Shown here: positions 1 to 12,600 of the stretch, one piece after another | Numbering within the stretch: the first letter of the stretch is position 1 | How the letters are laid out: every line of letters begins with the position of its first letter | NCBI GenBank assembly: GCA_964016885.1 | Contig: OZ024743.1 | Span: forward strand, 106,950,001 to 107,014,000 | From: Eledone cirrhosa | Lineage: Eukaryota | DNA length: 64,000 nucleotides | Direction of reading: 5' to 3' | Notes under the pieces: generated by a model | Told to the model about the DNA's origin: nothing | Databases searched by the model: none | Seen by the model: only the letters and a program-made list of their open reading frames with translations | Translations under genes and position numbers: made by a program

Positions 1-75
1 TTCTGACGAGGATATCTTTCCCAATGTAAATCGACTTGGATTATCTATTTCTTTGGGGTCTGAAACCGCGATAAG
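1..75 (+). ncRNA. Possible type I hammerhead ribozyme, helix I cut off by the window start
   Basis: CTGACGA at 3-9, imperfect helix II (ggatatc/ggggtct) with a long loop, then GAAAC CGCG ATA (near-palindromic helix III). The 5' strand of helix I lies mostly outside the window. Confidence 0.35.
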
Positions 76-519
76 GGCGCATATTGTAAATAGAGTGAAT
101 TTTTTGGAATCTATATTTTTAATATTTTTTTAGTATATTTTCTGTGTTTACACTCCCTGATGTATATATATATTATTACAAATATTAGTAAATGAAACAT
201 ATTCTCATGATCAAAATATATATTTTATTATACATATTTCAAAGGTACAATGGTGTTTAAGTATGTTTTCAACAGATAAAATATATAAGAGATTGGATAT
301 GCGACATACCGCTACGGTTTTGATAATTCAATTGTAGTGGTAGTGATTTATTTCAGTAACCCTCAACGTTTGTATACCACAAATAATATGATATTAAATA
401 TTATACCACAAATAATATATTAAATACTCCAGAAAAATTTCTATCCAGCCAGTGCATCTAATCTATTGTAACATTGTATTCGTTGAATAATCAATGAACC
501 ATATAAACTATAAACTTTG

Positions 520-522
<3 letters not shown>

Positions 523-572
<50 letters not shown>

Positions 573-575
573 ACA

Positions 576-637
<62 letters not shown>
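523..637. repeat. (TA)n microsatellite, one of many in the window
   Basis: Direct reading; source of the YIYIYI pseudo-ORFs. Confidence 0.95.
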
Positions 638-643
<6 letters not shown>

Positions 644-763
644 GTGAGGTTTTCTTACAAAATGAAAAAAACGAGGTGTCCCACACGAGTGAAAGTATAA
701 GGAAAAAAGATGGAATCGAAAATGCAACTGAAGTCTTTTTTCATAAAAATATATACTTATTTG

Positions 764-808
764 GTTCCTTTACCGGTTTCGCAGTTCTTCTGCTTTTCAA
801 AAGTAGAA
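764..808 (-). ncRNA. Minimal type I hammerhead ribozyme, U3-A8 variant, in a solitary pLTR-like fragment between (TA)n tracts
   Basis: Minus strand reads ttc-ta-ctt TTGAAAA gcag aagaa ctgc GAAA CCG GTA aag-gaa: perfect 4-bp helix II, palindromic ACCGGT helix III, GUA cleavage triplet, bulged 6-bp helix I. Confidence 0.6.
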
Positions 809-836
809 TTGAAATGGAGGTTTTGCGGTTTTCCTC

Positions 837-868
<32 letters not shown>

Positions 869-1793
869 ATATATATATATACGAGTGTACAGCGGGGTAC
901 GAGATATAAGTAGCAGATTAGTAGATTATTCGGTCTTGTCTGTATCAGTTTTTAATTTCTCAATAACTGCGTATTCTTATTCCTCTGCCTATTAATATGA
1001 ACACACAATATGCTGGAATTGCATAATTATAAGTTTCAATATTGCATAATTTTGACTATCATCGAACGGCTGTAATAGATATCAGTAATAATAATGTTTA
1101 ATAGACTTTTGTTACTAATAATTCACAAGCAATCATAGATAAGTTCTGTATTTATTAAAATCCGAGCAGGATGTACCTATAAATGATACGCATGTGTGTT
1201 GCAAGATTAACAAGCGAAGCTAAATTACTAAACAAAATGAAATGAAATAAAATAAAATAAGAATTAGACAAAATAACTAGGAAACAAATAGAACATATAA
1301 TGAATATATTTTATGAAAATAAATTGGAAAAAGATTTGCTGAAATCAAATATATTTTGCTATTAGAAATGATTCATTTTCTAGTAGCATTTTATTATTGC
1401 TTAAAAGACCACAGAATTGATCCCAGTGCATTACGAGTTGTCAACAATCCAATGGGAAAGAGTAAACGATCACTTGACCCATTAGAAATAAGGAAAAGAA
1501 TCGATATTTGAGATTTTCCCTTACGAAGCATAAATACGTTTAAAAGAATGCTTGAAATGTAAATAACACGTAAATCTAAACACTGAACAGCGCCCGTGAA
1601 CGTATACAACTCTTGAGACTGCCGAGTGGGTGGAAGGTAAATATTCTCATGCTGATGACATGGTGTGAATGCTTCTAAAAAACAGTTTCCCTACAAGCTG
1701 AAGACCAATTTCATACATATTCTGTAAATTAACAATTGTTTCAAATAATGATTGTGCGTACAATAGGGTTATCGGTAATGTGTTTAAGACTTA

Positions 1794-1854
<61 letters not shown>

Positions 1855-2123
1855 TAGCGGCGATGAATTAGTTTTGCGAGGTTTTTTATATGAAATCGTG
1901 TGTCGAAACAGATATTGTTATATTTGGGGAGGGTCATATTTGCGTAATATTGCCAGAATTAATAACAGAACACACTCACTGTTTGGTTGGTTTTCGCTTC
2001 TCGCTGTCTTATATATATATATATCTGCGATCTAACTTACTCGGTCCTCAATGTTGCCATTGACTGACCGGCGGTCAAAAATAATACAGATACAATATAG
2101 ACACAAACACATATATATAGTTT

Positions 2124-2180
2124 ACATAATTTACATAAATCTTTCGTTGCACATCTGCAACATCGTCAGTGGTGTTATAT
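2124..2180 (-). ncRNA. Type I hammerhead ribozyme in the left pLTR arm
   Basis: Reverse complement of the 3842-3898 motif. Confidence 0.65.
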
Positions 2181-2439
2181 TCATTGTTCCTCCTGTTGTG
2201 TTGTATGTCTACGCCATTTTTTTTTTGTTCAGTCTGTCTATATATTTATTTATTTATTTGCTTGTTTGTTTATCTTATTTTATTTTGTCTTCTTTGCGCA
2301 TGCGTTTGCGTGTGTGTATAGTGTTATGTGTGATGTGTGACTAGTGTGTATAGTGTTGTGTCTGCTGGGTGACTAGTGTGTGTTTATGTGCTTGTGTATG
2401 TATTTATTTATCTTATTTTATTTAATTTTATTTACTTAT

Positions 2440-3590
2440 TTATACTTCTCTTAGGTCAGTGTTGTTTGTTTGGGTGTTGTTGTTGTTCCACTCATTCTTT
2501 CTGTTTAGCTTTGGTCTTCTAATTTCTATTTCACTGGCCTCTCTGATTTGCCTATCTGCTGGGTCATTCCTATGTTTAGATATTATTCTAATTTCTATGT
2601 TGTCTATGTTACCGTCATGTTGTTGTCTAGCATGTTCGTATAGTACTGACCCGTGTTTTCGTCCTTTTAGTTCCCCCCAGTGTTGGTCTATCCTTTCACC
2701 TATGCTACGAGCTGTCTCACCTATGTATGTTGTTGTCATGTTTCTGCAAGTACCCTCTGTACATCTTATGCTATAGACTACGTTTCTAGTTTTACAGTTT
2801 ATCCGGTGGTTCACCTTACATATGATACATTTCCTATTGGTACAGTGGGTTTTCTTAAAAGGGTAGGTTTTGCTGATCAGGGATTTTATGGTGGTTCCTG
2901 GCTTTTCTACCACCTTTATTTTTAAGTGGGTCTTTCTCAGGGCCTTTCTACACTGGTTAGCTAATTTCCCTCCAGGGGTGGCGTCCACAAACATGACACT
3001 CTGATATCTCTGGTTGTCGTACCATGATGTGGCCTTCCCTATCTTATGTCTAGCCCTATCTAAGCTATTCCATGATTTGCTCCTGTATAGTGGGCAAATT
3101 CCTTTCATGTCCAGTTCTATGAGGGTCTTATACTTTTCCATGGCTCCTTCGTATACTCTGACTCTGTCTCTTTGGTTGTAGCCAGAGAACTGCATACGGT
3201 TGATGAAGTGTTGGATGTGTCCTTCCATTTCTGTTGGGTCGCACATGCTGGACACATTCTTCATCACTCGTACCAAATCTGCGATCAGAATATTAAACTT
3301 AGCACTACTGGACATTGCTGAGAGTTTTTGAGTATCAGGTATTTGGAGGCCATGGGTTTAGCATAGTGTGAGTGGAGAATTTGGGCTCTCTCGTCTATAG
3401 TGTTAATCCAGAGTTCTGTGTCTAATACAGGTAGTCTATTGTTAGGGTGTTTGGAAGGGAAGTCTATAGTTACAGTTATACTCTGGTGTATGGAATTAGC
3501 TATCTGCTGGATGCTTTCCATCGTGCTACGTTCTAAATCAAACTTGTTAGTGCTCTCTAGTGGGGGTGTTCTTATAACTATATTGATATC
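2440..3590 (-). pseudogene. PLE RT C-terminus plus GIY-YIG endonuclease, 5'-truncated, one frameshift near 3315-3330
   Basis: LPVLDTELW..HYAKP (RT end), SGY, SVMFVDATPGGKLA, CxxxxCxxC linker, VVYSIRC..YIGETARSIGERIDQH, RQIREASEI..PKLN (GIY-YIG motifs). Confidence 0.88.
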
Positions 3591-3841
3591 GATAAAATTA
3601 AATAAAATAAGATAAATAAATACATACACAAGCACATAAACACACACTAGTCACTCAGCAGACACAACACTATACACACTAGTCACACATCACACATAAC
3701 ACTATACACACACGCAAACGCATGCGCAAAGAAGACAAAATAAAATAAGATAAACAAACAAGCAAATAAATAAATAAATATATAGACAGACTGAACAAAA
3801 AAAAATGGCGTATACATACAACACAACAGGAGGAACAATGA

Positions 3842-3898
3842 ATATAACACCACTGACGATGTTGCAGATGTGCAACGAAAGATTTATGTAAATTATGT
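3842..3898 (+). ncRNA. Type I hammerhead ribozyme in the right pLTR arm
   Basis: atataa-cac-ca CTGACGA t gttgca gatg tgcaac GAAA GAT TTA tg-taaa-ttatgt: perfect 6-bp helix II, near-palindromic AGATTT helix III, helix I with an internal loop. Confidence 0.65.
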
Positions 3899-4102
3899 AA
3901 ACTATATATATGTGTTTGTGTCTATATTGTATCTGTATTATTTTTGACCGCCGGTCAGTCAATGGCAACATTGAGGACCGAGTAAGTTAGATCGCAGATA
4001 TATATATATAAAAGACAGCGAGAAGCGAAAACCAACCAAACAGTGAGTGTGTTCTGTTATTAATTCTGGCAATATTACGCAAATATGACCCTCCCCAAAT
4101 AT

Positions 4103-4196
<94 letters not shown>

Positions 4197-4309
4197 GTAT
4201 ATATATATATATATACGTATTTATATATACGTATATATATATATATATACGTATATATATATATATAAATATATATATATAAATAAATATATATATATAT
4301 AATATAGAT

Positions 4310-4362
4310 GAGATTCTACAGGACTAGAACTGTTTCATTCTTTAGAAATCATCAGGAATCTC
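4310..4362 (-). ncRNA. Canonical type I hammerhead ribozyme, predicted cleavage after GUA (4317/4316)
   Basis: Minus strand reads gagattc CTGATGA t ttc taaa gaa t GAA acag ttctagtc ctgt A gaatctc: perfect 7-bp helix I, 4-bp helix III, intact core. Confidence 0.85.
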
Positions 4363-4522
4363 GCACCACCAACAACATGAGACGGGTGAGTTGCATTACG
4401 TCGAATGCTATCCATAATATTACATCGAGGTTGACCATACGGAATGACCAGTTCTATCCACTGGTGAACCAACAAACCTCAATAAATATATATATATGTA
4501 TATATATATATGTATATATATG

Positions 4523-4569
<47 letters not shown>

Positions 4570-4577
4570 GTATATAC

Positions 4578-4608
<31 letters not shown>

Positions 4609-4773
4609 TATATACATATATATACATATATATACATATATATATATTTATTGAGGTTTGTTGGTTCACTACTCGATAGAACTGGTCATTCCGTATGGTC
4701 AACCTCGATGTAATATTATGGAGAGCACTCGACGTAATGCAACTCACCCGTCTTGGGTTGTTGGTGGTGCGAG
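4360..4773. repeat. Non-coding fold-back: ~130-bp inverted arms around a TA-rich microsatellite spacer
   Basis: 4360-4490 is the slightly diverged reverse complement of 4640-4773; the left arm continues into the HHR at 4310-4362. Confidence 0.85.
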
Positions 4774-4795
4774 TACGGAGTTAATTATTATAAAG

Positions 4796-5147
4796 TAACA
4801 GGAGGTTTATTATACTATGATCATTTCAATGACAGGGTTCAGTATGAATCCGGTGACATCATCGGGTATTCGAAATATAACAAAGGAATATAATAGACAA
4901 AATCCATGGTGCTGAAAATCAGAGACATGAGAGCGGCCGATCATTTGGCAGCCACCAGCCCGGTCAACTGCCCGGTCAACCGCCCTCAATGTCTCTGATT
5001 TTCAGCACCATGGATTTTGTCTATTATATTCCTTTGTTATATTTCGAATACCTGATGATGTCACCGGATTCATACTAAACCCGGTAATTGAAATGATCAA
5101 AGTATAATAAACATTTTAAGGAATTACACCAGTCCAGCCTCCTGTTA
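4796..5147. repeat. Non-coding fold-back (arms ~4806-4930 and ~4988-5111) with a degenerate HHR-like motif
   Basis: Clear inverted arms; GC-rich spacer with a gcccggtcaac duplication; CTGATGA at 5052-5058 followed by a mutated GAAA segment and CCGGTA. Confidence 0.8.
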
Positions 5148-6189
5148 TTTGTGTCTGTATTTAAATATGTCTGTATTTATATATGAAAATACATTTGTGA
5201 TTTTCTCCTAAAAAGCTTAAACATAGACAGGAATCTGATGATCTTGTGAGTGCAAAATTGAAACAGCGAAGTCAAGTGACATAGCTCAAACCCACGATGA
5301 ATAATATCTAAATTCTACTTCGGTACTCAATACTCATTGTCACATTCCTCAATATTACTTGGATATAGAGGCATGCTGGCCTGTCTATATAGAAATAGAG
5401 TATCAGCACGGACTGACTGCACTCATTTACAGAGAACAAACGACGAATGCATACTTACCTCGTCAGCCATCTTACTATAAGTGCATTTCCCGGCAGTAAT
5501 GTAGCACTGCACGTGTGATGCCAGCTTGTACAACAGAACGAATGATTGATCTTTTAGTTGGATGCCTTTGAGACAATGATAAAAAAACAAAAAAAAAAAT
5601 GTTGAGATGTGGGTCGAATTAAAACCATGTTCACCAATTACCAATGCTCTTTTCTGATAAGCCAGACGAATAGGTTCTCGGTTGGGGCAAGCAGGTGAGA
5701 AGTACTGGGAAAAGTAAGGAACGAGCGAGAAAGAGAACAGTGAGAAAATGGTCGAGCGCGTGCGAGAGGGAACGGATAAGGAATATAGGAAATGGTATAA
5801 CGTGAGTATAAACAAAATTTCCTTTATTACAGCAGATGTATAGTGGCGGGTCATAAAGCAATAGAGTATCAGCAGAAAATGCACACATTTACACAGAGAC
5901 ATGCAACCTTACCTGCTCAGCCACCCAACTGGTGGTTTCGCGCATTTGCACTGTATACTTGGTGCAGGATACAAAAATGCTTTCATACATCCATATGACA
6001 TACATACATGAACACGTAGATACGTAATACTATTTAGTTGTTATATATGGTGCAATGGCCAAAACGCAGTACAATGCAATCTAAAGAAAGGATAGCCTTG
6101 AAAATAAACATAAAAATATACAGTAATGTGGAGTATATATTCATACATAATATTAAAGAGTCAAAACTTCAATAAAATGCAAACATAAC

Positions 6190-7352
6190 AACATGTATGG
6201 ACCCACTCTATTTGAAATGTAAACGGGGAGGCAGATGTTTAACATCAATTTAAACAGGATTTATGTGTCGCTCCATATCTTCGATAACACCAACAAACAA
6301 CTAAATGTAGACGTCCTTCTATAGAACAAGTGTGTCTACATGAGGCAATTAACATCATGATTGTTATGAAGCAGCTACTTTAGAAATACTCCTAGCATGA
6401 AAAACAAAATCTCACACAGAGCGAAATTGCACAGCAGTACGGCAAAGAATCTATATAAGAAACGCGGCATGTTTATCAACAAAAGGTCATGCATAGTTAT
6501 GTTGCCATAAAGCTTCAAATAAGCAAAGTAGTCCATCTGTGACAAGAAATCAACGAATCTATGTATGTAACACTAAAGACTTATCAGCATCTTATAAAAA
6601 AAAAAAAAAGTATGCATATGTATGTTGCCAGAAAGCTCCAAAGCTGAGAGTAGTATAGAAAAGCAAAATAGTCTATTTTGGACCAACAACCGGTATATTA
6701 GCTATCATTTTGATAAATATGATTTTCCAATCCAAGAACGGGAAATCCTGCGAAATACCTAATGCACAAAAGTGATAGCGGTGCATGCAAATCCCCTAGA
6801 TGTACAAAAGATGCAGAATCTTCGGAAAAATCTTCGAGGGTGTTACTCAAAGATATCATCACGGCACTATCTACCTATGGGATATGATGTAGTGGCCAAA
6901 ATACTATACAATGTAATCAGTAGAAAGAAAGCCTCTGATAACAAAAATATACAATGTTACAGTGATGTTGAGTGCATGTGAATACATAATATGAAATAGT
7001 TCCAGTCAAAACACCAATACAATTCAAACATAACAGACCAGACATACTGATATGGGGCACAGAAAAGAAGGCATGCGCAGTAGTAGAAATCAGCTGCACA
7101 GCAGATGTTAATATATGATCAGCGAAAATACCAACATTCATACAGAAATAATAAGGAATCTGCTGATATTCCATCCTCACTATACTTTTAGATTTGTACA
7201 TGTAATCTTGAATATGTTACTAACTGGTCTCAGTACAAGTTATGGGAATCTGGGCTTAACAGAACGAGAAAGAAAACAATTCATTAGGAAGGAACAAGTG
7301 CAGTCCATTAATGTGAACTGTAAGATTACGTAAAACATTTCAGAATTTTAGC
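6190..7352 (+). mobile_element. Old degraded Dong/R4-type non-LTR retrotransposon 3' fragment
   Basis: Broken frames give IQEREI, SSRHYLPMGYDVVAK, HNRPDILIW..CAVVEISC.ADVN (RLE PD-(D/E)xK region), homologous to the 15.1-16.4 kb copy. Confidence 0.7.
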
Positions 7353-7641
7353 ATTTAATAACTAGATGAACTCATGTATAGATGCAGAAACATATGAAAG
7401 TGTAGACATATGAAATACAAATCCACATATTCATTAATGCCAATGCCTACACACAAGTATACACAATCATAAGCAGTCATACATATGTACTTACCTAGTT
7501 GATGTCTAAATTCCAATGAAGATACTTGTTTCTGTGTTAGAAACATGCTCCCGTTCTATTGGTGAAAGTTTATAAAATTACAAAAGCAGAACATACACAT
7601 ATAAACATACACAATCACATTGACATCTCATACATATATAC

Positions 7642-8180
7642 ATGATGGCTGCCCCCTCGTTATCGAGTATGGCCATTGCACGATATACCATTATTAATAA
7701 TTATTAATTAATTCTATCGTGCAATGCTTGTGCGTGAAGATATTTTTTAAAGTGAGGAAAGACTGTGCACTGAGCCAATCCCACTCTCTGAGCGACAGTA
7801 GCTATAACCCGAAAAGAAGAAACGATCAACATCATCGGTAACTACTGAGCCACACATTTTATATCGGAGTTATCCCAGCTTCCTGAGTTGCCTTCTCCTA
7901 GAAGAATACCCTGACAAATGCTAAAGGTCCTTCACTCCCAGTGGTTTAACCGCGCGGTATATGTGTATATACATATTTACACACTTTCGGATGGCCGTTA
8001 ACTCTTTTGAGTTCTTCTGCCCTTTGTCAGGTTTTGTTTTTTGTCCTGCAGGGAATCCAAAATCACCCTCCTCACCGAGTAAATTTGGTGGGGTTACCGG
8101 TTTAGTTGCCGACGACCCGACCATGCGACAGGCTGTACTGGGTTACATGTTACCAGTAGCACTCAAGAGTGACCCGACAT
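7642..8180 (-). mobile_element. Non-autonomous bipartite RTE derivative (5' UTR plus 3' terminus, no ORF)
   Basis: 7642-7685 matches the RTE 3' end at 9683-9725; 7715-7955 matches the RTE 5' UTR at 13496-13735; flanked by (CATA)n-like sequence. Confidence 0.8.
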
Positions 8181-9128
8181 AACGTACATACATACATACA
8201 TACATGATGGCTGCATCTTGAATTTCTAGAATTGCTACCACCCGATTCCCCCCTCATACATAGCTGGCATTGACATTACTATTTAGCCCTTCCAAGGACT
8301 TTCATTATTTTCTGTATATGCTGCAGAGGTGAATATTACTTCCACTTTGGTTCCTTGCTTTGTTTTCGTGAACTTTCAAATGATATTGTCTTCCACTGAC
8401 TGTCAGGAAAACATACCGAAGTAACTAGGATCGGCAACATCTTGTACCTGGCGTCTATGCTGACTTCTAAGACAACCTTTCCTAGGTCAAATCTGGTCAC
8501 ACATAAGGAATATAAAGTAATATTGAATATCTGAAAATCCAGGTAAAGTAATATTGGAAAATCCAGGTAAAGTAATACCAGACCACACTTTAATGTTTCA
8601 TGCTCCACACGAAATTTTTCAAATTCCCCTTTGCCATTAAACAAACTTTCCTCTAACGTGCTCAGCCTAAGGCAATGTCCTTCCAGGTAATTTCTTTGGC
8701 TTTTGACTTTATCAAAACTCTTTTTATGAAAACTTCATACATAATAATTGCTTTCTGTCTAGACTGGTTTCCTTTGACAAAATCCCCTTAAACTGAATGC
8801 TTATAAATACGATGATATGTCATTCTCACAACATGCACGCTCTATATTGAATTATAAGAGATCCAATACTTTTAAAATGACTTCATTTTGCACTTCAACA
8901 TCACTCAAATGAGATTTCCAATGGGTACCGAGTATTCAACGAAGCAACTGTTGATGCAAATGTTCAAGCTTGTTTATAATTCACTGGTATGTGACACAAG
9001 ACAGTACACATGTACTATACATCTTAAATTCGTATTAACGGAAATCATATGTCGACAGCACAAACACTTATCTAATTCACCATATATACATACATTCATA
9101 CATACATTCATACATACGTACATATATG

Positions 9129-9616
9129 CATGATGGCTGCAACTCGATATCCAGTAATGCTATCGCTAGATACTTACGTGATTTTTTAGTCCTGCTAGGA
9201 AATTGCCTATGGCCAGCAATTACATGTATCGCAAAAAATATCACATATCAAGCGATGCTGGTGCTTGATGCTTTTTTAAGCTTTGAACATCGAATGCATT
9301 TACCAGCAAAGTAGAACTACTCTACATCATTGGATGCAAACGAAGTCGCGGGTTTTATATCAGAGATGTTTTAATGACGACTAGGAGACTCTCACTCCAC
9401 AAGAAATAAAAATACTTTATTGGATGGTGACTCCCAGTCACTCTCGTGAGTTCCACCGCCTGTTGATGGGTTTTGTTTTTGATCCTGCAGAATATCCAAA
9501 CCACCCTCCTCACCAATCAAATCTTGGTGGGGTTGCCGGTTTAGTCACCGACGGCCTGACCATCCACAGGTTGTACAGAGTTACATATTACCAGTAGCAC
9601 TTAAGAGCGACTCTAC
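9129..9616 (-). mobile_element. Older non-autonomous RTE derivative
   Basis: 9420-9616 is homologous to 7988-8180; the same atgatggctgc terminus sits next to (CATA)n. Confidence 0.6.
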
Positions 9617-9676
9617 ACACATACATACATACATACATACATACAAACATACATACATACATACATACATACATAC

Positions 9677-12600
9677 ATGATGATGATGGCTATCCCCTCG
9701 TTATCGAGTATGGCCATTGCACGAGGAGAAAAAAAAATATTAATAAATAAATAAAAAATTTAATTAAATTTAAAAAAAAAAAGAAATATATATATATATA
9801 TACACACACATACATATACATATATACACACATATATATATATATATATACATATATACATTAATAACAATAATAATAATAAAAAAAAACAATAATAATA
9901 ACGGCAACAACAACAATAACAATATACATATACATATATATATACACACACACGCACACATAAACATATCTATGTACACACACACACGATAGCAACTAAC
10001 AGCGCTGCGATCGAATGTGGCTTTTTATCCCAGCCAATGATCATAAAATGTCTTGCACAGAGTCGGCAACCAAAACATTCACTGGGAATAGCCGGCTGTG
10101 GTTGGAGTTCACGTACTTTTGCATGTCGCTTGAGCCCTCCTGCTGATTTACATTCTCTAAATAGCATCTTCAACAGCAGCCTGGTAGTCAACCACTGGTC
10201 TTACTTTATGACTGCGAAGATGACATTCGAGTCCAGCTTTGCTTAGGCAGAGTCTCGCACAGACGCTGCATGTCAGCACCATCAGAGGACCCTCGCCTTC
10301 TGGAAGTGCAACAGCAATGCCCTTCCTCACATCCCGCATTAATTTCTCGCATGCGATTCGAGATGCCTCAAAGGCAACTTTTCCCTCATATCCAGTCTTT
10401 CTCCATTTATTACGATCAGCAGCAATATTTTCCCAGGTATCACCAGAGATGTTAGCGTCTTTCAAAGAGGCTTTCAAGGAATCCTTATACCTCTTTTTTA
10501 GTTTATGTGGCGGTCGTTTTCCTTTAAACAGCTCTCCATAAAAGAGTTGTTTTGGTATTCTAGAATCCTTCATCCTGGCAAGGTGACCACTTCAACGGAG
10601 TCGTTACTTAAGCACAAGAGCTTCTATACTGTCACACATAGAGCTTTCCAAAATCTCGACATCACTGATGTGGTCCCTCCAGTGAACGCCATGGATCCGT
10701 CTGAGACACATCTGATGAAAACACTCCAATTACTTAAGGTGGTGTCGATATGTGACCCAGGTCTCGCAGGCATAAAGAAGACAAGAGAGCACCCATTCCT
10801 TGTACACCTTTACCTTTGTCCTCCTGCATATGTCTCGCCGACCCCAGAGTCGCCTTTCTAGCTTTCCGAACGCATCACTTGCTTTCCTAATCCTAAGTGA
10901 GATTTCACTGTCAAGGTTGCTGTATCGATTGACAGTGCTTCCCAGGTAGACAAACTGATCAACCACTCCAAGTCGTTTACCATACACATAGATATTTGAT
11001 TCAGTGTACTGCTTACCAGTACATGACGACAGTCAATCCTAGGGCAGTGAAAGCGTCAGAAAATGCATTCAAAATGTGTTGCATATCACTCTCTGTGTGC
11101 GCTACAAGATCGCAATCATCTGCATACAAGAGGTCTCTTATGATTGATGTAAATAATTTTGTCTTTGCAGCAAAGCGCCTGATGTTAGATATGCTGCCTG
11201 AGGTTCGATATCGGATGTAAACACCATGCTCGCAATTCCTGAATGCAATACAGTAAACCATTGCAAAGTATATGGCAAACAGGGTCGGTGCTGGAATATC
11301 ACCCTGTTTCACTCCATTTTTTACTGAGATAGGCTCCGACATGTTACCTCCGATATTAACTCAAGCCTTCATGTCGTTATGGAAAGACCTAACTAAAGCA
11401 AGGAACTTATCAGGGCAACCAAGTTTCCGGAGAACCTTCCATAATGCGTCTCTGTTAACAGTATCGAAAGCTTTTGTCAGATCGACAAAAACCTGATACA
11501 AATCCAAGCCTTGTTCCATGCACTTCTCCTGGAGCTGTCTAGCTGAGAAGATCATATCAGTAGTGCCGCGTCCAGCACGGTCCAGAAGCACCCTGCATAA
11601 AACTTTCCCTACGACAGAAAGTAATGATATACCTCTGTAGTTCCCACAATCATTCCTGTTACCCTTTCCCTTGTACAAGACCACCATTACTGCATCTCTC
11701 CAGTCCTCAGGTACGGATTCATTAGCCCATATCCTGCCAAACAAAGAGTGACGATGTTGCAGGAGTCTCTCACCACCATATTGTAGGAGCTCAGCATGTA
11801 TGCCATCCATACCTGGAGACCTTCCATTGTTCAGCTTCGAGATAGCCACTGCAACCTCCACAAGCGTCGGAGGTTCTGCGAGAGCTACTTTCACATGACT
11901 TTCTGGAATGAGATTGAGGAAATCTTCACTGACGACAGACGGCTGATTCAAAAGATCATCAAAGTGCTCTTGCCACCTTCGTAGAATTCCTTGTGAGTCA
12001 TGAAGAAGTTCTTTGCCATCCTTGCTGCAAAGCGGTCTCACCAGAGAAGAAGACGGTCCATAAACCTCACGCAAGAGAGTGTACAACAGCTTTGTGTTAT
12101 TGGAATCTGACGCAGTTTGTATCTCACCAGCCTTCTCATTTCACCACTGATCCTTCACCCGAGAAAGACTCCGCCTAACACGTGATTTTACATCCTTGAG
12201 TTCCTCATGCAACGTATTCCTCTCCTGTGGTTTTGTCGTCAAGTAGCGTGACAGAGCACGCCTCTTATCAGCCAACAAATCTTCTATATGTACATCATTC
12301 TCATTAAACCAGTCCTGATGTTTTCTCTGCACCAATCCCAAAACACGCCTGCCTACATCATAAACCGACTTTTTAAGGGTCGGCCAATCCTCCCCAAGAT
12401 CTGCAGCCTGCATCTCTTCTTCCAATGTCCTCTTCATATGTTTATCCTTAAGAGGAGCAACATTCAATCTTTAGGGCAGGGCAACACCACCAGCCCGGAT
12501 TTTACGTTTAGTGATTAATTTCACTTTTGCGCGTAGCAGGCGGTGGTCCGTCCAGCACTCAGCTCCACGAAGAGCACGAACACACTGCACATCCTGTCTG

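Larger units (their letters stand above)
1912..4110 (-). mobile_element. 5'-truncated Penelope-like element with inverted pseudo-LTRs (arms ~1912-2431 and ~3592-4110)
   Basis: About 520-bp near-identical inverted arms (mirror ORFs 2051-2344 + and 3702-3971 -) enclosing RT C-terminus and GIY-YIG coding sequence; (TA)n tracts nearby on both sides. Confidence 0.9.

Noticed and set aside
441-913. YIYIYI, VCVC, HTHT, poly-S and poly-L ORFs here and throughout the window
   Set aside because: Translations of microsatellites, not genes.
1655-1780. CTGATGA at 1662 and minus-strand GAAACAATTGTT near 1730-1742
   Set aside because: The core halves do not assemble with helices I and II.
2051-2344. Near-identical mirror ORF pairs (2051/3702, 48494/50656, 48507/50592)
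   Set aside because: By-products of inverted repeats, with no protein motifs.
5451-5462. ATACTTACCT resembling the U1 snRNA 5' end
   Set aside because: No downstream U1 sequence; it is simply the complement of a consensus donor site.
7988-8180. HDV-like ribozyme expected at RTE 5' ends (also 9420-9616 and 13620-13772)
   Set aside because: Hairpins are present, but I could not assemble the P1/P1.1/P2/P3/P4 nested pseudoknot by eye; an RNArobo or Infernal search is needed.
8336-8644. 102-aa minus-strand ORF
   Set aside because: No recognisable domain, contains a local tandem duplication, and lies among retroelement debris.
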